This document shows positions 21,895 through 30,800 of a stretch of DNA of 64,000 nt, piece by piece. The translations under genes and the position numbers were made by a program. Under the pieces are notes generated by a model. That model did not search any database. It worked only from the letters and a program-made list of their open reading frames with translations, and was not told where the DNA came from. Every line of letters begins with the position of its first letter. Within the stretch, counting starts at the first letter, position 1. Origin of the DNA: Terriglobia bacterium (GTDB lineage: Bacteria > Acidobacteriota > Terriglobia > JAJPHL01 > JAPKYU01); contig CBDCVK010000003.1 in assembly GCA_965223005.1 (NCBI GenBank), forward strand, positions 1-64,000. The letters are read 5' to 3'.

Positions 21895-23088
21895 ATGAAA
21901 TTGGCCGTCGCCATTCCCGCCTACAATGAAGAGAAGAGCATCGAAAGTATCATTACGCGCTCGCTGGACGCGGGCGATTATCTGATCTCCAACGGGGCGG
22001 TGGACGAAGTCGAGATTACGGTGGTCAGCGATGGGTCCACCGACCGCACGGTGGAGTTGGCCCAAGAGTATTCGGGCAAAATCCGCATGATCGTGTTCGA
22101 GCGGAACCGCGGCTACGGCGCCGCTATCCAGGAAGCGTGGAAGCATTCGGATGCCGAGCTGCTCGGCTTTTTGGACGCGGACGGGACCTGCGATCCGAAC
22201 TTTTTCCTGCAACTTCGCTCCGTCTTGGAGAGCCACCAGGCCGACATGGCCATCGGTTGCCGCATGAATGAGAACAGCAAGATGCCGTTGGTCCGGCGGT
22301 TGGGCAACATGTTATTCGCCTGGATGGTGAGCGTGTTTTCTTCCGTTCCGGTTCGCGATGTGGCCAGCGGGATGAGAGTGGTCCGCCGCGCCAGCCTGGG
22401 CAAACTCCTCCCGCTTCCCGATGGCCTCCACTTCACGCCAGCCATGACTGCCAGAGCCCTGTTGAGCAACGAAGTAAAGGTTGTGGAGATTGACATGCCC
22501 TACGCCGAGCGTGTGGGCCGGTCCAAGCTGAGCGTCGGCATGGATGGACTGCGCTTCTTGAAAGTCATCCTGCAGACCCTATTCCTTTACCGCCCTCACC
22601 GCCCTCTCGCCGTCCTGGGACTGCTCTGCTTGGGGGCCGCGATCGGGTTGATGGCTATGCCGGTGGCTCATTATCTTCAGAACCGCGCGGTGGCCGAGTG
22701 GATGATCTATCGTTTCGTCGTCAGCGACCTCGCGGGTATCAGCGCTTGCTTGTTACTTTCCGCCAGCTATTTAACCAGGAAGATGGTCCGCATTACCCTA
22801 TCAAGCCAGGAGCGCTCTCCGGTTCGGGAAGACCAGGTCGAGGCTTTCTTTTCCAGCCCCTTCTTCTGGCTGGTCCCGTTTTCGATGATGGCGACGGGAG
22901 GTGCGCTGGTCATTCCCAGCTTCCTGGAACTGGTCCAGACCGGGGCTACCTACGAACACTGGTCGCGCTTCATTGTGATGTCGTTCTCGTTCGCCGCGGC
23001 CCTCATTCTGATAGTGACCCGTGCCGTGGATTATGTTTTGACCTTGGTAGCGAGTCAGCTCGACTATTCACAATCGCAGAATTTGTGA
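21895..23088 (+). CDS. GT2 glycosyltransferase (DPM/DPG synthase-like) with C-terminal TM helices
   Basis: PAYNEE, DGSTDRT, NRGYGAA, DADG, RVGRSKL. Confidence 0.88.
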   Translation: MKLAVAIPAYNEEKSIESIITRSLDAGDYLISNGAVDEVEITVVSDGSTDRTVELAQEYSGKIRMIVFERNRGYGAAIQEAWKHSDAELLGFLDADGTCDPNFFLQLRSVLESHQADMAIGCRMNENSKMPLVRRLGNMLFAWMVSVFSSVPVRDVASGMRVVRRASLGKLLPLPDGLHFTPAMTARALLSNEVKVVEIDMPYAERVGRSKLSVGMDGLRFLKVILQTLFLYRPHRPLAVLGLLCLGAAIGLMAMPVAHYLQNRAVAEWMIYRFVVSDLAGISACLLLSASYLTRKMVRITLSSQERSPVREDQVEAFFSSPFFWLVPFSMMATGGALVIPSFLELVQTGATYEHWSRFIVMSFSFAAALILIVTRAVDYVLTLVASQLDYSQSQNL

Positions 23089-23122
23089 GCTCGGCTGGCA
23101 ACCTCTGCGTGGAGAGAAATCT

Positions 23123-23830
23123 CTGACACCCGATCTTTTTGACCTGAGTGAACAATATGAAGAAATGCTCCAGAGAGGGATACGCCTCTCGGGGGAGAAC
23201 CAACGCTTTTTTGTGGTTGGGCGAGTCGGCGATCTCCAGCAACAGTTACCTCCCCAGTGGCGCGCGCGCCGGATCTTGGATTTTGGTTGCGGCGTCGGTC
23301 ATACGACGCAATACCTAGCTGAGATCTTCTCGGGAGCAGAAGTGCTTGGCCTGGACGTTTCCGAGAAGGCTCTGGCCAGAGCCGAAGCCACTTATGGCTC
23401 GCGGTGCGTCTCCTTCTGCTCAGTCGCGGAGTTTGCGCAAATCGAAGCTTTTGACCTTTGTTACACCAACGGCGTATTCCACCACGTTGACCCTGCCGCA
23501 CGGCTCTCGATGCTGCAGCGGATTTGCCGGGCGCTGGTGCCGGGGGGCTTTTTCGCTCTTTTCGAAAATAACCCCTGGAACCCGGGGACGCGGATGGTGA
23601 TGAATCGCATTCCTTTTGACCGAGACGCGAAGCTTCTATTTCCGCGGCAAGTCCGGCGGCTGCTCCGCGAAGCTGGGTTCCACTCCTGCGCCCCGACGCG
23701 CTTTCTGTTCTATTTTCCCCGCCCCCTGGCTGTATTGCGTTTCACCGAAGCGTGGCTGGCTCGGGTGCCGTTGGGGGCACAGTACTACGTGCTGGCCCGC
23801 AAGGCGGAGCTTTCCAGGCCGGCCGCTTGA
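23123..23830 (+). CDS. Class I SAM-dependent methyltransferase (possible CTG start at 23123; first ATG 23165)
   Basis: ILDFGCGVG, VFHHV, FENNPWNP. Confidence 0.85.
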   Translation: MTPDLFDLSEQYEEMLQRGIRLSGENQRFFVVGRVGDLQQQLPPQWRARRILDFGCGVGHTTQYLAEIFSGAEVLGLDVSEKALARAEATYGSRCVSFCSVAEFAQIEAFDLCYTNGVFHHVDPAARLSMLQRICRALVPGGFFALFENNPWNPGTRMVMNRIPFDRDAKLLFPRQVRRLLREAGFHSCAPTRFLFYFPRPLAVLRFTEAWLARVPLGAQYYVLARKAELSRPAA

Positions 23831-23875
23831 GACCTGCCAGCTTTGCGTCCCCGGGGTTGGCCAGTCGATCTCGCC

Positions 23876-24880
23876 TTAGGACCCTTGCGGGGCCGCCTTT
23901 CGAACCACAACCTGCATGTTGGAGGTCGCAGAGCCCAAGGCAGCGCGGAGCAGGTCAAACCCGGTAGCCATCGCCAGCAGCAGTACATTGCGAAAGGGAT
24001 TGAGCAGCCTGGCTAGCGTGCGGAACCCGTACTTGTACTTGACCGTGTTGTGGATAGAGTACAGCCAGAAGGTGTGGGCGGGTAGGTAGCTGATCTCGAC
24101 CAGCTGTAAGCTCGCGTTTTCCAGAAGTCGGTTCAAGGTCTTGGGAGTAAACAGATTCCAATGGCGGGGAAAATGATACCCACCCCAGTACCGGCGCTGG
24201 AACAAGTGGAAGTCCAGGCTCTCCACATTGGGTGTCTCGATCACCAGGACGCCGGAGGGCGACAGCAGTTTTTCCAGCTTCGCGACGACAGCGGCGGGAT
24301 CAGCAACATGCTCGATCACTTGAAGCATGACGATCAAATCGAAAAACTCGCAGGGCAGGTCTTGGACCGCCTCAATAGCTCCCTTGCGAACCTGGAAACC
24401 CTCACCCTGAAGTTTCTCAACCACCCTCGCATCCAGTTCTGTACCCCATAGTTGTCCCTTGGGAACTCCCCAGGATTGGAACAGACGAAGGTAGCGACCA
24501 TCCCCGCAGCCAACGTCGAGGAATCGAGGAGCTTTCGTCGCGACATTGCGCAGCCAGCGGCGTGCCTTCCTCTTGTCCAACCAATCCTTGGCCGACCGGG
24601 CGACCGGGTGGACCGCCTGATTGTAGTTGTAGGAATAATAGTCCGGGGGATAGATGGCAGGAAGCTCTTCGATTGCCGGGCGCGGATTCAGAAACAAATG
24701 GCCACATGAGATGCAACGGGTGAAGTGAAAAACCTGGGCCGTGGTTTCGTATTCATAGTCTTGGCCGCTGGCTACCTCCGCAGCCTGGTCAGAACCGCAA
24801 ACACAACAGGGAACACGAACCACCGCACACTGCCGGGAGCTACGGGGGATTAGCGGCATTTTCGCTTCGCCGCAGGGCAC
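23876..24880 (-). CDS. Class I SAM-dependent methyltransferase with N-terminal Zn ribbon
   Basis: CCVC..CISC, FLDVGCGDG, VIEHV.DP, HFPRHW. Confidence 0.88.
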   Translation of the reverse strand: MPCGEAKMPLIPRSSRQCAVVRVPCCVCGSDQAAEVASGQDYEYETTAQVFHFTRCISCGHLFLNPRPAIEELPAIYPPDYYSYNYNQAVHPVARSAKDWLDKRKARRWLRNVATKAPRFLDVGCGDGRYLRLFQSWGVPKGQLWGTELDARVVEKLQGEGFQVRKGAIEAVQDLPCEFFDLIVMLQVIEHVADPAAVVAKLEKLLSPSGVLVIETPNVESLDFHLFQRRYWGGYHFPRHWNLFTPKTLNRLLENASLQLVEISYLPAHTFWLYSIHNTVKYKYGFRTLARLLNPFRNVLLLAMATGFDLLRAALGSATSNMQVVVRKAAPQGS

Positions 24881-24881
24881 T

Positions 24882-25871
24882 TCAGGCCGGAGAGGGGGAG
24901 GGAGCCGTCAGCGGAAGTTTCCGAAAGTAACTCCACAAGAATGCCAGGTAACTGCTGCGAACCTCCACATCCTGGCTGCCGCGCACAAAGGGATGCACCT
25001 TCGGCAAGTTGTAGTAAGGAATGAAGGGCCACAGGTGATGCTCGGCATGATAGTTCATATTCATCGGGGAGAAAAAGATCCGCTCGAGACGATTTGGAAC
25101 GAAGGTGGTCAACCGCTGCGGATCCGCTGCGCTGTCCGGGAGCACCGGCTGGGCATGCTCGCAGAAAGCCCGGATCTCATCCGGCACAAACACCAACACG
25201 TAAATCGGAAGTGCCCAAAAGAGCAGGTAATACCACCAGGGCATCAGGAGCAGGATTGCCCCGAAAATTAGGCCTTGCGCCAGAAAAGTGGGCCAGCGGT
25301 TGGCCAGGAAATCTCCTATGTGGCCGGTGCGAGAGTCGGAAGAGTTGCCGAACGGCATCACCTCTAGCAGCGTGCGCGGGAAAGTCATCAGCCCGCTGAG
25401 AAAGAAGAGGAACACGCCCGGGCTGGCCTTGTTGCTGGCTTTGTGCAGGTAGCGATCCGGATCTTCGTCGCTTCCCACCAGCCGATGGTGCGCCAGATGA
25501 TTCCGCCTTTGGTCTGGCAGGAACATGCCCAGAGGGGCATAAAGGAATACAGCGCTCAAGAAATCGTTTGCCCTGCGGTTCCTCAGCAGGTTCGTGTGCA
25601 TACCATCATGGCCCAGGATGAACAGGGCATACTGCTGGGTACCGATGAGAACGAAGCTGAGCGGATAGACCCACCAGAAATCCAGCTTAATCAACAACCA
25701 CCAGGCCAGCACGATAAGCGCGTAACACCGCGCCACGTCGGCCCAGACCCGCCGGGGACGCCGGCGAACCAGCTCTCGAAATTGGGGCTCCCGCCAGTGA
25801 ATGAGCGGGCTCGCCACTGCGCGCTGGTCCAGCCTGAGAACCACTGACACCCTCCAATGCGCCGCAGCCAT
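24882..25871 (-). CDS. Membrane fatty-acid desaturase family protein
   Basis: His boxes HDGMH, HLAHH, HAEHH; P.IPYYNLPK. Confidence 0.88.
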   Translation of the reverse strand: MAAAHWRVSVVLRLDQRAVASPLIHWREPQFRELVRRRPRRVWADVARCYALIVLAWWLLIKLDFWWVYPLSFVLIGTQQYALFILGHDGMHTNLLRNRRANDFLSAVFLYAPLGMFLPDQRRNHLAHHRLVGSDEDPDRYLHKASNKASPGVFLFFLSGLMTFPRTLLEVMPFGNSSDSRTGHIGDFLANRWPTFLAQGLIFGAILLLMPWWYYLLFWALPIYVLVFVPDEIRAFCEHAQPVLPDSAADPQRLTTFVPNRLERIFFSPMNMNYHAEHHLWPFIPYYNLPKVHPFVRGSQDVEVRSSYLAFLWSYFRKLPLTAPSPSPA

Positions 25872-25895
25872 CCAGACGCATCCCCGTCCCTCTGC

Positions 25896-25951
25896 TCTAG
25901 TATTTACTAGACAACGTATCCGCGCCTGATGTCAAGCGGCCGATGTCAAGC
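25896..25951. promoter_or_regulatory. Palindrome TCTAGTA-TT-TACTAGA plus doubled GATGTCAAGC (TTGACA on the minus strand) upstream of the desaturase operon
   Basis: Direct reading: 25896-25911 palindrome; repeats at 25928-25937 and 25942-25951. Confidence 0.55.
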
Positions 25952-26097
25952 TTTGGCGCACCGGTAAGGGGTGTAGTATAGCTTCAGGGCGAACCTGCTT
26001 CGCAAGCTCTCCTTGGACGGCTGTTTGGGATTGGAGGCGGAGAGGGATTCTAGGACATACAACCTGGTAAAGGCAGAATGTAATTGGCGTTCCGTCA

Positions 26098-27075
26098 GTG
26101 AAATCCTATGCAAAGTTTCTAATGCCGGAGCGGCGACAGCTGTCGGGGGCTGATGGTTTGTCGGGGAAAAGCATGGGTCGAAGAATTGGTCAGAAGAAGG
26201 CGTGGCTCCTGCTAGCGCTGGCGTTGGTCTACTTTCTGCTGGCGGTCCCCGGTCTGCAGATTCAACTGAGACTTCGGGCTGTCGCCTTGAAGCTTACGAC
26301 GGAGATACCTGAAGTTGGCTGGACTGATTTCCTGTCACTGCTTGCTTCGCTGGAAGGGTCCGCAAAGGTCTGGCCCCTAGTAGATGGTGAGGTCACTTTG
26401 CGAAAACGCGAGGGAGACGGTCCCTGCTCGGCTCTCTGGAAAACCCCGGTGGGTGCGCTTTGGGGACGATTCGAGGATGAGAGAATGTTGGAATTCTTGT
26501 TGCTTGAGCAGCTACGCGGGGAAGTCTACGAAAGTAATTCTGTCAAGGTCCGCTCAGGTGACGTGGTCCTGGATGTCGGCAGTCATTTAGGCACCTTTAC
26601 GCGGTTCGCCTTAGACAAGGGAGCCCGCTTGGTTGTGGCCTTCGAACCTGAACTGACCAATGCAACTTGCTTCAAGAAAACATTCGCAAAGGAAATTCTT
26701 GAAAACCAGGTAATCCTCATCGAGGCCGCTGCCTGGGAATCTCCAGGCTCCTTAAGGTTCGAGCCCAGCGGAAACTGGAACACAGGGACAGGGAGTGTTT
26801 ATGCGGCGGGAAGCCTGGTTGTGCCCGCCGTGACGATCGACGAGACAGTAGAACATCTCGGGCTGGATCGGGTAGATTTTGTCAAAATGGATATCGAGGG
26901 ATCGGAAAGACATGCTCTCAAGGGGGCGCATCGGACATTGTCAAGGTTCGGTCCAAGAATGGTATTGTGTATCTACCACCGGGAGGACGACCCGGAACTG
27001 ATCCCCCAGATAGTTCTGGAGGCCCGACCTAGTTACCTGGTAGATACGACGCGCACGCAGGCTCACTTTTATTGA
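26098..27075 (+). CDS. FkbM family methyltransferase with N-terminal membrane anchor (start may be 26173)
   Basis: VLDVGSHLG, AFEP, DFVKMDIEGSE, CIYH. Confidence 0.88.
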   Translation: MKSYAKFLMPERRQLSGADGLSGKSMGRRIGQKKAWLLLALALVYFLLAVPGLQIQLRLRAVALKLTTEIPEVGWTDFLSLLASLEGSAKVWPLVDGEVTLRKREGDGPCSALWKTPVGALWGRFEDERMLEFLLLEQLRGEVYESNSVKVRSGDVVLDVGSHLGTFTRFALDKGARLVVAFEPELTNATCFKKTFAKEILENQVILIEAAAWESPGSLRFEPSGNWNTGTGSVYAAGSLVVPAVTIDETVEHLGLDRVDFVKMDIEGSERHALKGAHRTLSRFGPRMVLCIYHREDDPELIPQIVLEARPSYLVDTTRTQAHFY

Positions 27076-27328
27076 ACACCGTTAGATATCAATCCACCAA
27101 CAGTTCTGACAGGCAAGATCGTACATTTCCACTTAAAGTAAACGCGGTTGTGTGGTTGTCAGAGGAAGTGGAAGCCCAGCTTTGCCATTGGGCAGTGGAC
27201 GCCATAACCCCATGGACGACAACAAATCCGGGCCTGCATGGCCGATATCCTGAGTCGTCTAGACCGATTAAAATGTAAACTGCTCACTCCACGGCCCGAG
27301 ACGGCCAAGCAAACGCAAGCACCTTTGG

Positions 27329-29044
27329 ATGATGAGCACCGGAGAACTTCTTATCGTCTGGAAAGCCAGGCTCGGAGAGCTGCTATTCCCGACCATCGCG
27401 GCCGACCGCTTCGTGTTCATGGAGGCGCTGGTGGTGGTCACCTTGGTGGCCATTGCGCTGGCCGTCCCACCGGGTCGCTGGCCGCGCTTCGGTGTCGTGG
27501 AGCGCGAACTAGCTCGCCTGGCCCGTCGGCCCTATTTTTCGGTCCTGCTGGTGGCACTACTGGCGCTCGCCGGACGCGCCGCTCTGCTCCCGCTGCTGGA
27601 TGTCCCCGTGCCCGGCATTCACGACGAGTTCAGTTACTTGCTGGCCGCCGACACTTTCGCCTCAGGGCGACTGACCAACCCCCCACACCCTATGTGGGTG
27701 CATTTCGAAAGCATGCACATCATCCACCAGCCTACCTACCAGTCCATGTACCCGGTGGCCCAGGGGCTGGTGCTGGCTGCCGGCAAGCTGATTGGCGGGC
27801 ATCCCTGGGTGGGAGTCTGGCTGAGTGCCGCCGCCATGTGCGCCGCCATCTGCTGGATGCTGCAGGCATGGATGCCGGCTGGGTGGGCTCTGCTAGGCGG
27901 CTTGCTGGCCGTGATCCGCCTGGGCATGTTCAGTTACTGGATGAACAGCTATTGGGGCGGGGCAGCGGCGGCCTTCGGCGGGGCGCTGGTTCTGGGAGCG
28001 CTGCCGCGGCTGATGCGTCGCACGCGCCTGCGGTACTCCCTGCTGCTGGGGTTGGGCCTAGCCATCCTGGCCAACAGCCGCCCCTACGAGGGCTTCATTC
28101 TGAGCCTGCCGGTGGCGGGGGCGTTGCTGGTGTGGGTCCTGGGCAAAAAGCGGCCGCCGCTAAACGTCTTTTTCTCCCGTGTCTTCCTGCCGCTCTTTGT
28201 TGTGCTGGTACTGACGGCCGCGGCGATGGGCTACTTCTTTTACCGCGTCACCGGTAATCCCTTCCGCATGCCGTTTCATGTAGACCGCGAAACCTACGGC
28301 ATGGCCCGGGCATTTCTCTGGCAATCCCCGCGGCCCGAGCCGCCGTATCGCCACCAAGTGATGCGGGAGTTCTACATTGGTTGGGAACTGGCCTATTACA
28401 TGCGGGCCCGATCCTTCTCCGGGTTTGTGAACAGGACTCTGGAAAAAATCCGCACGTCGCGTGCCTTCTTCCTAGGAGCGGTGTTGACGCTGCCGCTGGT
28501 GATGTTTCCCTGGGTGCTGCGGGACCGCCGAATGCGCTTCCTGCTGATTACTGGGGCCATCGTGACGTTAGGACTGGGTGTACAGGCGTGGACCTCGCCT
28601 CACTACGCGGCCCCGGCCACGGCCTTGTTGTACGCGCTCCTGTTGCAGGCGATGCGGCACCTGCGGGCTTGGCGCTGGCGACGCAATGCGGGGCTGTTCC
28701 TGGCGCGGGCAATTCCGTTGATTTGCGTGGCGATGATCGCCGTGCGCATTATTGGCGCCTCGTTCGTCCCTCTGGCCCCGAACTGGCCGCCCTCCTGGTG
28801 CCGCACGCCGCCCGGGAACGAGCCGCGCGCGAAGCTGCTGGAAAGGCTGCAGAGCTATCCGGGACGGCATCTGGTGGTTGTGCGATACAAGCCCGGGCAC
28901 AGCGTCCACAACGAGTGGGTCTACAACGAGGCTGATATTGAACAGGCCAAGATCATCTGGGCGCGGGAGATGGACCCAGCCAGCAACGCGGCTCTGCTCC
29001 GGTATTTCAAGGACCGGAAGCCCTGGCTGCTGGAGGCCCCCTAA
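27329..29044 (+). CDS. GT-C fold (ArnT/PMT-like) integral membrane glycosyltransferase
   Basis: [13 protein letters not shown] after the first TMs, YQSMYP, SRPYEG, many TM helices. Confidence 0.7.
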   Translation: MMSTGELLIVWKARLGELLFPTIAADRFVFMEALVVVTLVAIALAVPPGRWPRFGVVERELARLARRPYFSVLLVALLALAGRAALLPLLDVPVPGIHDEFSYLLAADTFASGRLTNPPHPMWVHFESMHIIHQPTYQSMYPVAQGLVLAAGKLIGGHPWVGVWLSAAAMCAAICWMLQAWMPAGWALLGGLLAVIRLGMFSYWMNSYWGGAAAAFGGALVLGALPRLMRRTRLRYSLLLGLGLAILANSRPYEGFILSLPVAGALLVWVLGKKRPPLNVFFSRVFLPLFVVLVLTAAAMGYFFYRVTGNPFRMPFHVDRETYGMARAFLWQSPRPEPPYRHQVMREFYIGWELAYYMRARSFSGFVNRTLEKIRTSRAFFLGAVLTLPLVMFPWVLRDRRMRFLLITGAIVTLGLGVQAWTSPHYAAPATALLYALLLQAMRHLRAWRWRRNAGLFLARAIPLICVAMIAVRIIGASFVPLAPNWPPSWCRTPPGNEPRAKLLERLQSYPGRHLVVVRYKPGHSVHNEWVYNEADIEQAKIIWAREMDPASNAALLRYFKDRKPWLLEAP

Positions 29045-29259
29045 ACGCTGGGCACGGTCTGGCTTCCAAGGGAGAGCTTGGCCAGTAGCCGGCTTGTCGA
29101 GTGGCGAGCTGGCAAGAAACGATGCTCGGTTAGCTTTGACCGGCAGGGCTGGCTCATTGCAGTTGTTCTTGCGGCGGCATTCTTGAAGGCATGCCGGGAG
29201 GCGCGAGGCTCGGGGAGAAAGGAAATGTCCACCAGTGATTTCGGTGGAAATTTCGCGTC

Positions 29260-30792
29260 TTACACAGCGGCCATGTGACAGGCAGTGACGCGGTTGACGA
29301 AAGACGATTGAAGCTGGGGAGCCGTGCGAGTCAGCATACGGCTCCTACGGCCCGAGCCTGGAGATTTTCCCACAGCCGGCTCGGGTAGCGCCGGCTTAGC
29401 CAAATACAGGTACCATCGTAAATACAGATCAGGGGCTGCCGGACCCTCCCGCCAGTTGCGGGAAATTGTGGTGTCCGGCCAGTCCCAGAAGCGTTCCGGA
29501 TGCTCATCTACATTGAGCGGTTGGATGTCCCACTGTCCACTGGGATAGTGATACACACCGACCACCTGCACCCAAACAGCCACCACAATCGCCAGCGTAA
29601 AAGCAATCTGTAGCAATGGAGCAGCCTGAAGCCGGGGCCAGACCGCAATCAAGGAAAACGCGAGGAACGGCAGCAAGTCGGTAAGGTAGCGAGGACCAAA
29701 ACACCAGCCCCCCCACCAATGGTCATACTGTGCGTATACGAGAAACAGAGCAACGACTCCACCCATCACATATGGCACCCAGGCAAAACTACGCTGTCGG
29801 CAGAGCCGCACCGCGCCCCACAACGCAAAAATTGTCCAAGGCATGAACACCAACAAGCCTCTGTTGGGACTCAGCAGCAGCCCAGCAATCCCCTTGCCCG
29901 CGGACCCCTGTAGGAAGATGTCCAAAGCGCCGCCGGTACGGATCGCATCGGGAGAAGCTCCAAGCACGCTGCCAAAAAAATGGAGGTTATAGGCGAGCAC
30001 GCCGAGGCCGACAATAAACAGCGGTGCACAGAAGGCCAGAATCTGGTGGCGCTGATGGCGCACGAAGTAGATCAGCAGGGCGACGGCCATCAACACATTT
30101 GGAAGACGATTGGCTGTCGCGATCGCCAGCGCCAGGCCAATCCAGAATCCATAGTTCCAAGACGCCGGATCGCGCAGCAGTGCCCACAGCAGCAACGCAA
30201 AGGCCAATTGCGTCAGCCCGTGGGTCCACAGAGCCTGGCTGGAGATGCTCCAGGTGCTGCTGGCCATCCCGTAAATCAGAGCGATCAGCAAGTTGCCCGG
30301 GGGCAAGACGACCCTCCCCAGGGCCAGATACAGCACTCCCGCCGATAAGGCGGCAATCAACCCCGCGCTGAGTTTCTCCATCGTATCCGCGATCAGCGAG
30401 ATCGTGGAAGCGGGCACAGCATCGGGTTGACGGGAGAGCCACCACGCAGGTACGACGTAAAGCGGTGTAATGACTAGCGAGGTCAGGATCGGGTAGCTCG
30501 ACATCCAATGGCCGCGGGATTCGGTTACAAAGTAGGGGCCATAAAGGAGCCCACGCTCCAGATAGGGCTCGACCCACTTATCCAGGTAGAAGGACCCGTC
30601 GACCAGCAGACTAAAAGGGAGAAGGCGAGTGGGAGTTGTATCGCCAGTAGAGAGCTTGCGGAGATTGGAGTTGTACAAAAGAAACAGGAAGCCACACAGA
30701 AACAGCACTAACAGTGGCCGAGGCCTGATGTCCAAGATCCCGCTGCTCACATCCCCCAGTATCGCGGAGCGGACGTTTTCCGGCAATTCCAA
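29260..30792 (-). CDS. GT-C fold membrane glycosyltransferase
   Basis: GDT loop, SSYPIL, SQALWTH, SPNRGLL, WWGGWCFGPRYLTD motifs; multi-TM. Confidence 0.7.
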   Translation of the reverse strand: MELPENVRSAILGDVSSGILDIRPRPLLVLFLCGFLFLLYNSNLRKLSTGDTTPTRLLPFSLLVDGSFYLDKWVEPYLERGLLYGPYFVTESRGHWMSSYPILTSLVITPLYVVPAWWLSRQPDAVPASTISLIADTMEKLSAGLIAALSAGVLYLALGRVVLPPGNLLIALIYGMASSTWSISSQALWTHGLTQLAFALLLWALLRDPASWNYGFWIGLALAIATANRLPNVLMAVALLIYFVRHQRHQILAFCAPLFIVGLGVLAYNLHFFGSVLGASPDAIRTGGALDIFLQGSAGKGIAGLLLSPNRGLLVFMPWTIFALWGAVRLCRQRSFAWVPYVMGGVVALFLVYAQYDHWWGGWCFGPRYLTDLLPFLAFSLIAVWPRLQAAPLLQIAFTLAIVVAVWVQVVGVYHYPSGQWDIQPLNVDEHPERFWDWPDTTISRNWREGPAAPDLYLRWYLYLAKPALPEPAVGKSPGSGRRSRMLTRTAPQLQSSFVNRVTACHMAAV

Positions 30793-30800
30793 AACAAATC

